Shown here piece by piece: positions 1-8,270 of a DNA stretch of 64,000 nucleotides. The notes below the pieces were generated by a model that was not told the origin of the DNA, did no database searches, and saw only the letters and a list, made by a program, of their open reading frames with translations. How positions within the stretch are numbered: the stretch's first letter is position 1; every line of letters begins with the position of its first letter. The position numbers were made by a program, and so were the translations under genes. Origin of the DNA: an uncultured Candidatus Saccharibacteria bacterium (GTDB lineage: Bacteria; Patescibacteriota; Doudnabacteria; UBA920); NCBI GenBank assembly GCA_964505635.1, contig CAZDIP010000004.1, positions 7,198 to 71,197 on the forward strand, in the 5' to 3' direction.

Positions 1-1699
1 GCACGTGATTATGGTAGAAATGGGAGCTAAATTAGTCAGCGAAGCGGAAATTGTTGAAGCCGTTAAATTTGCCCAAAAGTATTTGGGGGTTTTGGTTAAG
101 TGTCAATTAGATTTTGCTAAACAAGTAGGCAAAGAAAAAGCTCAGCCAATTATTAAAGAAATTAATAGCAATGTTTTGGCAAAGGTTAAAGAATATTTAA
201 CTGAAGAAAAAATTGATAAAGCTTTGTATGTGAAGAATAAGGAAGATCGCGACAATAATACGGCAAGCCTGGTTAAAGAAATTGTGGAAAAAGTCGCGGC
301 CGAACTTGGCGAGGTAAAAGATGTTGACATAAAAGGCGATGCTGAAACCGCGGTTGATAAAATTATAAAAAAATATACCCAAAAGCAAATTTTGGAAAAA
401 GAACGAAGGGTGGACGGCCGAAAGCTTGATGAAACCAGGCCAATAAGCTGTGAAGTGGGGGTTTTACCGCGCACTCACGGCAGCGCTTTGTTTACCAGAG
501 GAGAAACGCAAGCTTTAACCACAGTCACTTTGGGCAGTCCGGGTGACGAGCAGATGTTGGACGGTATGGAAGATCCGCTTGATGGCAGAGCCAAGCGATA
601 TATCCATCATTATAACTTTCCAGGTTATTCGGTTGGCGAAGTGTCTCCGATTCGCGGGCCTGGACGCAGAGAAATTGGCCATGGGGCTTTGGCCGAACGC
701 GCGGTGGAAGTTGTCGTGCCGCAAAAAGAAGAATTTCCTTACACTTTAAGGCTTGTAAGTGAAATTATGTCTTCAAATGGTTCTACTTCTATGGCTTCTA
801 CCTGCGGCAGCACTTTAGCGTTAATGGACGCCGGCGTGCCGATAAAACATATTATCGGCGGTTGCGCCATGGGGCTTGTTATGGACGAAAGTAATACCGA
901 CAAATTTAAAGTTTTAACCGACATTGCAGGCATAGAAGATTTTAACGGCCATATGGATTTTAAAGTCACTGGCTCTGAAGAGGGCGTAACCGCGCTTCAG
1001 TTAGACATTAAAGTTAAGGGCTTAACCGCGGAAATTTTAGAAACTGCTTTAAACCAGGCTAAGCCTGCTCGCATACATATTATTAGCAAAATGAAAGAAG
1101 CCATTCCCGCTCCGAGAAGCGAAATGTCAAAGTATGCTCCGCGCATTACTTCTTTCAAAATCAAACCTGACAAGATCCGCGAAGTTATTGGCAGTGGCGG
1201 CAAAACCATTAATGAAATTATTGCCAACTGCCCAGGAGTTAAAATTGACATCGAAGATGATGGTTTGGTCATGGTGACTTCAACCGACGCTGAAAGTTCC
1301 GCCAAGGCTGTAAAATGGATACAAGACATTGTACGTGAAGTAGAGCCGGGAGAAATTTTTGAAGGCAAAGTAACAAGGCTTATGGATTTTGGCGCCTTTG
1401 TAGAAGTCTTGCCCGGCAAAGAAGGTTTGGTACATATTTCCCAGCTTGCCAACTATCGTGTAGGTAGAGTGGAAGATGTTGTTAAAATTGGAGACACGCT
1501 AAAGGTACAGGTTTCTGAGATTGATGATCAGGGTCGTATTAATTTGACCCACAAACCTTTTGCCCCGGCTCCAACTCCGGAACAGTTAGCATCGGGAGGC
1601 GGCAATGGCGGTTTTGACAGGCCTCATCGAAACAGCGGTTTTAATGGCCGAGGCGGCCACGGCCATGGCAGGCCGCCAAGAAGAAACTTTGATAGGTAA
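1..1699 (+). CDS. pnp: Polynucleotide phosphorylase (PNPase), 5'-truncated by the window edge; second RNase PH domain, KH and S1 domains, then a Gly/Arg-rich C-terminal tail
   Basis: The 564 aa track ORF continues in frame from the window start. It has RNase PH-like motifs (GSPGDEQMLDG...YNFPGYSVGE...GPGRREIGHGALAERA), KH (IGSGGKTINEI) and S1 (GKVTRLMDFGAFVEV). The tail reads GGGNGGFDRPHRNSGFNGRGGHGHGRPPRR. Confidence 0.93.
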   Translation, partial: HVIMVEMGAKLVSEAEIVEAVKFAQKYLGVLVKCQLDFAKQVGKEKAQPIIKEINSNVLAKVKEYLTEEKIDKALYVKNKEDRDNNTASLVKEIVEKVAAELGEVKDVDIKGDAETAVDKIIKKYTQKQILEKERRVDGRKLDETRPISCEVGVLPRTHGSALFTRGETQALTTVTLGSPGDEQMLDGMEDPLDGRAKRYIHHYNFPGYSVGEVSPIRGPGRREIGHGALAERAVEVVVPQKEEFPYTLRLVSEIMSSNGSTSMASTCGSTLALMDAGVPIKHIIGGCAMGLVMDESNTDKFKVLTDIAGIEDFNGHMDFKVTGSEEGVTALQLDIKVKGLTAEILETALNQAKPARIHIISKMKEAIPAPRSEMSKYAPRITSFKIKPDKIREVIGSGGKTINEIIANCPGVKIDIEDDGLVMVTSTDAESSAKAVKWIQDIVREVEPGEIFEGKVTRLMDFGAFVEVLPGKEGLVHISQLANYRVGRVEDVVKIGDTLKVQVSEIDDQGRINLTHKPFAPAPTPEQLASGGGNGGFDRPHRNSGFNGRGGHGHGRPPRRNFDR

Positions 1700-1708
1700 A
1701 AATAATAT

Positions 1709-2029
1709 ATGCCTGTTTTAGAAAAATCTCATTCTATGCCAAGCGAGAAAAGTTCAGGGAATTTAAAAGCTAAAAGTTATGGTGTATCGCAAGATTCTGG
1801 GGTTCCAATTGAACACCGTAGATGGGCTGACAGATTGGCTAAAGAGCTAGGTTTAGCAAAGCCGGAAGTTCGCGGGGTAATGGTAGAAGAAATGGCAAGG
1901 TTAAAAAAAAGTGAACCGCAAGCTTTTGAGTCATTTGCCAAAAGTATGATAGATTTTTGTTCAAAACGGAAAAATAACACAGCGGATATGGTAGAGGAAG
2001 CTTTAAAATTTTTGAATTTGAAAAAGTAA
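1709..2029 (+). CDS. Hypothetical protein (106 aa), immediately upstream of a sigma factor gene
   Basis: ORF track; no recognisable motif; followed by a hairpin terminator. Confidence 0.45.
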   Translation: MPVLEKSHSMPSEKSSGNLKAKSYGVSQDSGVPIEHRRWADRLAKELGLAKPEVRGVMVEEMARLKKSEPQAFESFAKSMIDFCSKRKNNTADMVEEALKFLNLKK

Positions 2030-2040
2030 ATTTTATAAAA

Positions 2041-2066
2041 CAGCCTCGCAATCGCGAGGCTGTTTT
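2041..2066 (+). terminator. Rho-independent terminator hairpin (cagcctcgc-aatc-gcgaggctg + TTTT)
   Basis: Perfect 9-bp stem followed by a T-run, directly after the stop of the 1709..2029 ORF. A near-identical copy lies at 2972..2996. Confidence 0.75.
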
Positions 2067-2074
2067 GCTATAAT
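2066..2074 (+). promoter_or_regulatory. Extended -10 promoter element TGcTATAAT upstream of the sigma factor gene
   Basis: TGnTATAAT match 26 nt upstream of the ATG at 2100; no clear -35. Confidence 0.4.
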
Positions 2075-2099
2075 CTAAGTAATTAAACTAATAAAATTT

Positions 2100-2948
2100 A
2101 TGTCGGATAAAGAAAAGGCTTTTGCCGCGGCAGCGGGATTTTTTTCTGGTGGCGAGGCAGCTTCAATTATTGACAGTAGAGTTTCGGATTTTGATTATGA
2201 AAAAGTCAAAACAATGACGCGAGAAGAACTTTTGGCCGAGTATAGAGGGAGAATTCAACCGATAGTAAGCGGAATATATAGAACCTTGCCAAAAAATGCG
2301 CTTGAAAAAGAAGAATTATTCAACGTAGCTTTTATAGCTCTAATTGAAGCGCAAGAGCAATTTGATCCAGCAAAAAAAACTCAGTTCGTAAATTTTTTCC
2401 CCAAAAGAGTTCGTGGAGCTATTTTAGATTATTTAAGAAGTCTTGATATGCTGAAGCGAAGAGATAGGCAGGTTTTAAGATTTAAGAATGAGCTTGAAAA
2501 AATACCCGCGCCAGACAGGCAAAAGTCAATTGAAGATTTTGCTGCTAAGCTAAAGATTTCTCCAAAAAAACTTTTGCAATTGATGGATGAAGCAAATGAA
2601 CCGTTAGTATTGAGTCAGGAAAAACAAGACGGCCGAACTATGGAATTTTCAGAAGAAACTGGGAAAACTTATAACTCTCATAGGAATTTACAAAATGAGC
2701 AAGCGCGTATAATTTTAATGGAAGTTTTAGATGAGGTAATAAGTAATAATTTTATGCCCAAAAATCGTAAAAGATATAAACAAGCGTTTTTAAAACATTA
2801 CTACAGCGGCTTGACCTTTAAAGAAATCGGACAAAAATTAGGACTACAAGAGTCAAGAGTAAGTCAGGTATTAAAAGAAATTAAGACTAAGATGAAAATA
2901 ATTTTGCAGGAAAAGAAAATACATTCAACCAATACTTTATTTGGTTAA
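2100..2948 (+). CDS. RNA polymerase sigma factor, sigma-70 family (short FliA/WhiG/SigB-like architecture with N-terminal extension)
   Basis: Region-2-like FIALIEAQEQFDP...FVNFFPKRVRGAILDYLR and a C-terminal region-4 HTH (LTFKEIGQKLGLQESRVSQVLKEI); 282 aa. Confidence 0.65.
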   Translation: MSDKEKAFAAAAGFFSGGEAASIIDSRVSDFDYEKVKTMTREELLAEYRGRIQPIVSGIYRTLPKNALEKEELFNVAFIALIEAQEQFDPAKKTQFVNFFPKRVRGAILDYLRSLDMLKRRDRQVLRFKNELEKIPAPDRQKSIEDFAAKLKISPKKLLQLMDEANEPLVLSQEKQDGRTMEFSEETGKTYNSHRNLQNEQARIILMEVLDEVISNNFMPKNRKRYKQAFLKHYYSGLTFKEIGQKLGLQESRVSQVLKEIKTKMKIILQEKKIHSTNTLFG

Positions 2949-2971
2949 TAGGTGTTTAAAATGAAATTCAC

Positions 2972-2996
2972 GGCCTCGCAATCGCGGGGCTGTTTT
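2972..2996 (+). terminator. Rho-independent terminator hairpin (ggcctcgc-aatc-gcggggctg + TTTT)
   Basis: Near-identical copy of the 2041..2066 hairpin, directly after the sigma-gene stop. It overlaps the 5' end of the track ORF 2952.., which argues that tgt starts at 3036. Confidence 0.7.
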
Positions 2997-3035
2997 AGCT
3001 TTGTACTTTATACCAAATACTTTATACTATTTAAT

Positions 3036-4202
3036 ATGCCTTATTTTGAAATTATAAAATCAGGTTCCGCATCCAAAGCCCGCTGTGGGGTTATTCATAC
3101 CGAGCACGGAGACGTTATGACCCCTACCTTTTTACCTATTGGCACAAAGGGCGCGGTTAAAACCGTGACTGCCGAAGAACTTAAATTTTGGGGTGCCGAT
3201 ATTATACTTGCCAACACCTACCACCTTTGGCAACGTCCTGGTGATGCTTTAATTTATAAAGCCGGGGGCTTACATAAATTCATGAATTGGAAAGGCCCGA
3301 TTTTTACCGATTCAGGCGGCTTTCAGGTTTTTAGCCTTGCAAAAATGCGAAAAGTTATGGAAGCCGGGGTGCTTTTCCAATTTGACTTAGACGGCAAGCA
3401 GGAAATTTTGTCCCCGGAAAAAAGCGTGGATATCCAGGCAAATTTAGGCAGCGATATTTGTTTAATTTTGGACGATTTTCCAGGTTACCCTTTTGAATAT
3501 GAAAGAAGTAAAGAATCCATTGCGCTTACAAAAAGGTGGGCAGAGCGCGCTATAAAAGAGCACCAAAAAATAGTTTTAGATGGCGACCCCATAAACCCCG
3601 GGCAAAAACTTTGGGGCATAGTTCAGGGCGCTTCGTTTAAAGACTTGCGCGAGCAGTCGGCCAAAGACATGGTGAATTTAGGCTTTGAAGGTTTTGCCAT
3701 CGGCGGCGTGGCGGTAGGCGAGCCGCATAAGGAAATGATGCTTGCTGTAGAAGCAGCTATGCCGCATTTGCCCGAGACTGCGCCCAAGCATTTACTGGGC
3801 GTTGGTACGCCTTTTGACATTGTCCAGGCAGTGGCTCGGGGCTGCGATACTTTTGACTGCGTAATACCGACAAGGGAAGCGAGGCATGGAAGACTATATA
3901 TAAGTAGCAGGTATCAAGTAGAAAGTAGCAAGCAACAGACAGATGGTTATTCAACTTTAGACATTAGGCTTGAAAGATACAAAGAAGACTTTACGCCAGT
4001 CGATAATACTTGCGACTGTTATTTGTGCCTTAACCACACCAAGTCTTACTTGCGTCATTTATTCCAAACCGGCGAGCCTTTGGCGGAGAGACTTGCCACT
4101 ATGCACAACTTAAAGTTTTATTTAAATTTAATGAAGAAAATCCGTAACGCCATAACTTACGATTATTTTGACGAGATGGCGGAGAATTATAGGGAAGTAT
4201 AA
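3036..4202 (+). CDS. tgt: Queuine tRNA-ribosyltransferase
   Basis: PTFLPIGTKGAVK...ILANTYHLW...FTDSGGFQ motifs and the C-terminal zinc site CDCYLC...H. Start moved to the ATG at 3036 (MPYFEIIKSG) because the upstream part of the track ORF overlaps the terminator hairpin. Confidence 0.9.
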   Translation: MPYFEIIKSGSASKARCGVIHTEHGDVMTPTFLPIGTKGAVKTVTAEELKFWGADIILANTYHLWQRPGDALIYKAGGLHKFMNWKGPIFTDSGGFQVFSLAKMRKVMEAGVLFQFDLDGKQEILSPEKSVDIQANLGSDICLILDDFPGYPFEYERSKESIALTKRWAERAIKEHQKIVLDGDPINPGQKLWGIVQGASFKDLREQSAKDMVNLGFEGFAIGGVAVGEPHKEMMLAVEAAMPHLPETAPKHLLGVGTPFDIVQAVARGCDTFDCVIPTREARHGRLYISSRYQVESSKQQTDGYSTLDIRLERYKEDFTPVDNTCDCYLCLNHTKSYLRHLFQTGEPLAERLATMHNLKFYLNLMKKIRNAITYDYFDEMAENYREV

Positions 4203-4278
4203 AAGTAGTAGGTAGTGAGTAATTAGCAAAAAAGTTAGTCCGAAAAGCGGGGTGACTTTTTTTATGAGCCCTAAAAAA

Positions 4279-4304
4279 CCATTCCGAGCGCAGCGAGGAA
4301 TCCC
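4279..4304. repeat. Family-1 palindromic repeat copy A (ccATTCCGAGCGcaGCGAGGAATccc), intergenic
   Basis: Other copies at 7631-7657 (inside pepP), 36946-36974 (rpsL leader) and 41555-41578 (tuf leader). Confidence 0.8.
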
Positions 4305-4377
4305 TTTATGCAAAGATTTTTGAATATTTTAAGGGATACTTCGCTTCGTTCTGTATGGTTGAGCCAGGTTTTTTGGC

Positions 4378-4406
4378 TTGACTTTTTTGTTGATGTGTGG
4401 TAAATT
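4378..4406 (+). promoter_or_regulatory. Sigma-70-type promoter TTGACT-17-TAAATT
   Basis: -35 at 4378-4383, 17-nt spacer, -10 at 4401-4406, about 80 nt upstream of the small ORF at 4488. Confidence 0.45.
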
Positions 4407-4487
4407 GTATAGTCGGTTTTGTGGCATATCTGCAGTTGCCACGGGATCGATTTGCGTTACGGGGCAAAGGAGGCCCCAATAGATATT

Positions 4488-4670
4488 ATGGACATCAACA
4501 AAATGTTGCAGGATCTGCGCGCGGAGCGCGAGCAGATTGAAGAAGCAATCCTCAGCCTCGAGCGGCTCGCTCGGGGACGTGGAAAGCGCCGGGGCCGGCC
4601 GCCAGTTTGGCTAACGGAAATGCGTAAGGGCGGCGGTAAAGATAACGAAGGCAAAGGAGGGAAAAACTAG
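4488..4670 (+). CDS. Small basic protein (60 aa) with a coiled-coil N-terminus and an AT-hook-like motif (GKRRGRPP); GC-rich island
   Basis: ATG at 4488 preceded by AAGGAGG. Reads MDINKMLQDLRAEREQIEEAILSLERLARGRGKRRGRPPVWLTEMRKGGGKDNEGKGGKN. Own promoter and terminator; local GC well above surroundings. Confidence 0.4.
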   Translation: MDINKMLQDLRAEREQIEEAILSLERLARGRGKRRGRPPVWLTEMRKGGGKDNEGKGGKN

Positions 4671-4692
4671 AAGGGAGTGTTAGCGCAAGGCG

Positions 4693-4726
4693 TGGGTCAC
4701 AAAGGTGTGGCCCGCCCTTTTATTTT
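4693..4726 (+). terminator. Hairpin plus T-run after the small ORF
   Basis: gggtcacaaaggtgtggccc stem (one mismatch) followed by gcccttttatttt. Confidence 0.45.
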
Positions 4727-4803
4727 GGCAAAAAGGGCTTATTTTGATATAATTGTGCTACAGAAAATATTAAACTCTACGGAAAACTACAGAAAGTAAA
4801 AAT

Positions 4804-5136
4804 ATGAGCCAAACAAATAATTTTCAGCCAATATTTGATTATATTTACCAAAATAATGCGACTATCGCTAAAGTGGTAGAGGCGCGGTTAGAAGAGAATA
4901 ATGTCGCCTTGGTTAAAGTAATCGAAGAAAGATTTAAACAGAATAACGAAGAATTGTGGGAAAAAATGCAGGAGCATTTTGCTGGCAAGGAAGGTATTCG
5001 CGCTATTAATGACAGATTGGATGGAATTGTAAAACTGGTAAAAAAACTTGATGAAGAAAGGCTTTTTAGCGTGGAGTGGCTAAGAAGGATTGAGGGCGAA
5101 GTTGAAAGAATTAAGAAGCATTTGCAAATTGTATGA
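4804..5136 (+). CDS. Hypothetical coiled-coil protein (110 aa)
   Basis: ORF track; charged helical sequence; stop overlaps the glyQS start (ATGA). Confidence 0.45.
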   Translation: MSQTNNFQPIFDYIYQNNATIAKVVEARLEENNVALVKVIEERFKQNNEELWEKMQEHFAGKEGIRAINDRLDGIVKLVKKLDEERLFSVEWLRRIEGEVERIKKHLQIV

Positions 5137-6437
5137 CAGAAAAGAACGATTTGATGGAAAAAATTGTAAGTCTTTGCAAACGCAGGGGGTTTGTGTTTCC
5201 GGGCTCGGAAATTTATGGTGGACTTGCTAATAGTTGGGACTACGGGCCTTTGGGCGTGGAGTTAAAAAACAATTTGCGGGATTCATGGTGGAAACGCTTT
5301 GTTCAAGCCAGAGAAGATATGGTTGGATTAGACGCCGCTATTTTAATGAACCCAAAAGTATGGGAAGCAAGCGGGCACGTAAAAAGTTTTTCCGATCCTT
5401 TGGTTGAATGTAAAAAATGTCATATGCGTTTTAGGGCGGATCAGATAGATTTAAATGCCCCTTGTTCAAACTGCAAATCAAAAGATGGTTATTCTGAACC
5501 AAAACAATTTAATTTACTTTTTCAAACATCTATTGGCACGGTGGAAGGCGATAAATCTACTGTTTATTTAAGAGGTGAAATCGCCCAGGCTATGTTTGTA
5601 AATTTTAAAAATATTTTAGACACCATGCGTAAGCGTTTACCGTTTGGTATTGCCAGTATTGGTAAAGCTTTTAGAAACGAAATCACCCCGGGAAATTTTA
5701 TTTTCCGTACATTGGAGTTTGACTTAATGGAGTTTGAATATTTTGTTCGTGAAAATGAATGGGAAAAGCATTTTGAATATTGGCTTAAAGAACAGCAAGA
5801 CTGGCTTATGGACCTAGGTTTTTCCAAAGAAAATTTAAAGCTTAGAGAGCATGACAAAGAAGAACTTGCCCATTATTCGAAGCGTACCGTAGATATAGAA
5901 TATAATACGCCTTTTGGTTGGAAGGAAATGTTTGGTTTGGCTTATAGGACAGATTTTGATTTAAAGAATCACGCTGAGAAATCCGGTCAGGCTTTAGAAT
6001 ACAAAGATCCGGAAACGAATGAAAAATTGGTACCGCACGTGATTGAACCAACCTTTGGTTTAACTAGGTTATTCTTGATGGTGTTATTAGAAAGTTATCG
6101 TGAAGAGGAAGATCGCGTTTACTTAAAATTGCCCCCAAAACTCGCACCCTACAAAGTTGCGGTGTTTCCTTTGCTAAAAAATAAACCAGAACTTGTAGCT
6201 AAGGCAAAAGAAATTTACCACGACTTACAAAAACATTTTAACGTTGCCTGGGACGACAGGGGTAATGTTGGAAAAAGGTATTACAGCCAGGACGAAATTG
6301 GCACGCCGTTTTGCATAACCGTTGACTTTGACAGTTTAGAAGACGGTAGCGTCACCGTGCGCGACCGCGACAGCAAAGAGCAGCCGAGGGTAAAAATTGA
6401 GGAATTGAAAAATTATATTGCCCAAAAAGTATTATAA
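5133..6437 (+). CDS. glyQS: Glycyl-tRNA synthetase, class II alpha2 type
   Basis: N-terminus RGFVFPGSEIYGGLANSWDYGPLG, class-II motifs, zinc-binding insertion CKKCHMRF...CSNC, C-terminal anticodon-binding domain. Confidence 0.9.
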   Translation: MTEKNDLMEKIVSLCKRRGFVFPGSEIYGGLANSWDYGPLGVELKNNLRDSWWKRFVQAREDMVGLDAAILMNPKVWEASGHVKSFSDPLVECKKCHMRFRADQIDLNAPCSNCKSKDGYSEPKQFNLLFQTSIGTVEGDKSTVYLRGEIAQAMFVNFKNILDTMRKRLPFGIASIGKAFRNEITPGNFIFRTLEFDLMEFEYFVRENEWEKHFEYWLKEQQDWLMDLGFSKENLKLREHDKEELAHYSKRTVDIEYNTPFGWKEMFGLAYRTDFDLKNHAEKSGQALEYKDPETNEKLVPHVIEPTFGLTRLFLMVLLESYREEEDRVYLKLPPKLAPYKVAVFPLLKNKPELVAKAKEIYHDLQKHFNVAWDDRGNVGKRYYSQDEIGTPFCITVDFDSLEDGSVTVRDRDSKEQPRVKIEELKNYIAQKVL

Positions 6438-6546
6438 AAAAATTGATTTATGAATTTAACTATGCCCAAAGACCGAAAGTGTTTGTGGATAGTGGGAGTT
6501 GGAGTAGTAATAATTTTATCATTGGGCGAAATTTTGACAAACAAGT

Positions 6547-6852
6547 ATGAAAGTATTTGATGAATTAACAGGCGGAGTATATAGAAAAGGCGAATCGAGA
6601 GAAAGTTTGCTAAAAAGAGCCAAGGAAAAATTTCCGGATCAATTTTCTAAAATAGACTCGTTAAAAGAATTTTATTTTGACCCTATTTTAAAAGAGAGAT
6701 TTTTAGATTTAGAGACCAGCCTTATGCAGTGTGTGGAAAACGGATACCAACACAGGGAACTCTCAGAAATGCTTAATGAGTGGGAAAAAGAGTATGAATT
6801 TTTAAAAACACATGCAAAGCGACTTGATTCAAATTCTCAAAAAGCGGCTTAA
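6547..6852 (+). CDS. Hypothetical protein (101 aa)
   Basis: ORF track only; overlaps the start of the next gene by 41 nt. Confidence 0.35.
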   Translation: MKVFDELTGGVYRKGESRESLLKRAKEKFPDQFSKIDSLKEFYFDPILKERFLDLETSLMQCVENGYQHRELSEMLNEWEKEYEFLKTHAKRLDSNSQKAA

Positions 6853-8011
6853 ACATCCAATCTTAATTAAGAAAAAAGAAAACCTGCTGTATTTAACCGG
6901 CAGGAGCTTTGATTACAGGGCGGAGGAATATCTGTTAATTTTACCCCTCACCCCCACCCTCTCCCACAAGGGGAGAGGGGGAGATAGTGTGATTGGGTTT
7001 GGCAGCGGGCTTGAGCAGATAGATTGGGTCAAAAAGTCAGATAGGCTAAAGAACATCGGCCAATATTTAAAAGGTTATAAACAGTTGGATATTGAGTACG
7101 GGTTTACTTATGGGGAAGGAGAATATTTGAAATATAAGATTTCCTCCTTCGCTAAAGCTATGGCGGACAAGTCAGATTTAGGATATAAGATTTTGGTGAA
7201 ACCGGAAAGAAGTTTGGTTGATGTTATGAGGCAGATAAAAAGCATGGAGGAACTGTCTAAAATAAAAAAATCAATGCAGATTGTAGAGAAAGTATTTGCG
7301 CTTGTAAGAAAAGAAGTTAAAAAATCGGGGATGACGGAGAGAAAATTGGCTGATTTTATTACCAAGACTGGTTATAAATTTGGCGCACACGATGTTTCTT
7401 TTCCAGCAATTATAGCAAGCAGGGCAAATGCTGCTATACCTCACCATGTCCCATCAAACAAGTTTTTAAAAGCGGGGGAAAGCATAATTATAGATTTTGG
7501 TTTTAAGTACAAAAATTACTGCAGCGACTTTACGCGTACGGTGTTTTTAAAAAAAGTGCCCAAAAAATTGGAAATTGCCTATAATCAAGTAGAAAAGGCG
7601 TATAATGGAAGTATGGAGTATATCTCAAATCCATCCCGAGCGCGGCCGAGGGATCCCTCAAAACAAGAAAAAGGGATTCTTCCCCCGCATCAAGTGCGGG
7701 GTCTGAATGGTAATACAATTACCGGTAATGATGTTTATCAAAAAGTTGTTGATATTTTGGCTGAAAAAAAATTAGACAAATATTTTATTCATTCTTTAGG
7801 CCATGGTACGGGTTTGGAAATTCACGAATTGCCCAATCTTTCGCCCGACTCAAAAGATGAACTTAAAAATGGAATGGTTTTTAGCATTGAACCGGGAGTG
7901 TATATCCCTAAATTAGGTGGTATAAGAATTGAAGATTTGGTATATTTACAAAATGGCAAAGTTAATAAATTTATTAATGTTTCAGCGAAACTAAAGGATA
8001 ATATTTTATGA
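6812..8011 (+). CDS. pepP: Xaa-Pro aminopeptidase / M24B family metallopeptidase; contains two repeat-derived in-frame segments
   Basis: Creatinase-like N-domain, then the M24 catalytic core (HDVSFPAIIASRANAAIPHH...DFGFKYKNYCSDFTRT...HSLGHGTGLEIHE...EPGVY...RIEDLV). Repeat copies lie in frame at 6944-6984 and 7631-7710. Confidence 0.85.
   Translation: MQSDLIQILKKRLKHPILIKKKENLLYLTGRSFDYRAEEYLLILPLTPTLSHKGRGGDSVIGFGSGLEQIDWVKKSDRLKNIGQYLKGYKQLDIEYGFTYGEGEYLKYKISSFAKAMADKSDLGYKILVKPERSLVDVMRQIKSMEELSKIKKSMQIVEKVFALVRKEVKKSGMTERKLADFITKTGYKFGAHDVSFPAIIASRANAAIPHHVPSNKFLKAGESIIIDFGFKYKNYCSDFTRTVFLKKVPKKLEIAYNQVEKAYNGSMEYISNPSRARPRDPSKQEKGILPPHQVRGLNGNTITGNDVYQKVVDILAEKKLDKYFIHSLGHGTGLEIHELPNLSPDSKDELKNGMVFSIEPGVYIPKLGGIRIEDLVYLQNGKVNKFINVSAKLKDNIL
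6944..6984. repeat. Family-2 palindromic element (ccctcacccccaccctctccc-acaa-ggggagagggggaga), in frame inside pepP
   Basis: Shares the ctcccacaaggggaga hairpin core with the rpsG copy and the ccctcacccc / gggggaga ends with the nfo copy. Confidence 0.75.
7631..7710. repeat. Family-1 repeat copy B plus adjacent ccccgca-tcaagt-gcgggg hairpin, in frame inside pepP
   Basis: ccatcccgagcgcggccgagggatccc is ~85% identical to the intergenic copies. Confidence 0.75.
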
Positions 8012-8268
8012 GGGAAATACATAAAGTTAATGAACTAGAGTTTAAATTTTTTAATTTAGGCGAGCAGGCCAAAAGCAATTATCAAATGCTGGGTTCGGTT
8101 GATTACGCAGCAGACCCAAGTGTGATAAAAGATCTGTTAAGATTAATGGCTAAAATCGATGATTCCGAAAAATTAGCGGCAAACGGAGCAAAAATACATC
8201 CAGCTAATGATTATGAATCCTTAAAGGCCGAATTAGATGAATTAACTTCAAGGATTGGAAAAGTATAA
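8008..8268 (+). CDS. Hypothetical protein (86 aa)
   Basis: ORF track; ATGA overlap with pepP. Confidence 0.4.
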   Translation: MREIHKVNELEFKFFNLGEQAKSNYQMLGSVDYAADPSVIKDLLRLMAKIDDSEKLAANGAKIHPANDYESLKAELDELTSRIGKV

Positions 8269-8270
8269 AT

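Noticed and set aside
997-1452. Minus-strand 151-aa ORF inside pnp, and similar antisense ORFs inside fusA (39843..40367), tuf, leuS, glyA and other genes
   Set aside because: They lie entirely antisense to strongly supported conserved genes, have no RBS and have low-complexity composition typical of shadow ORFs.
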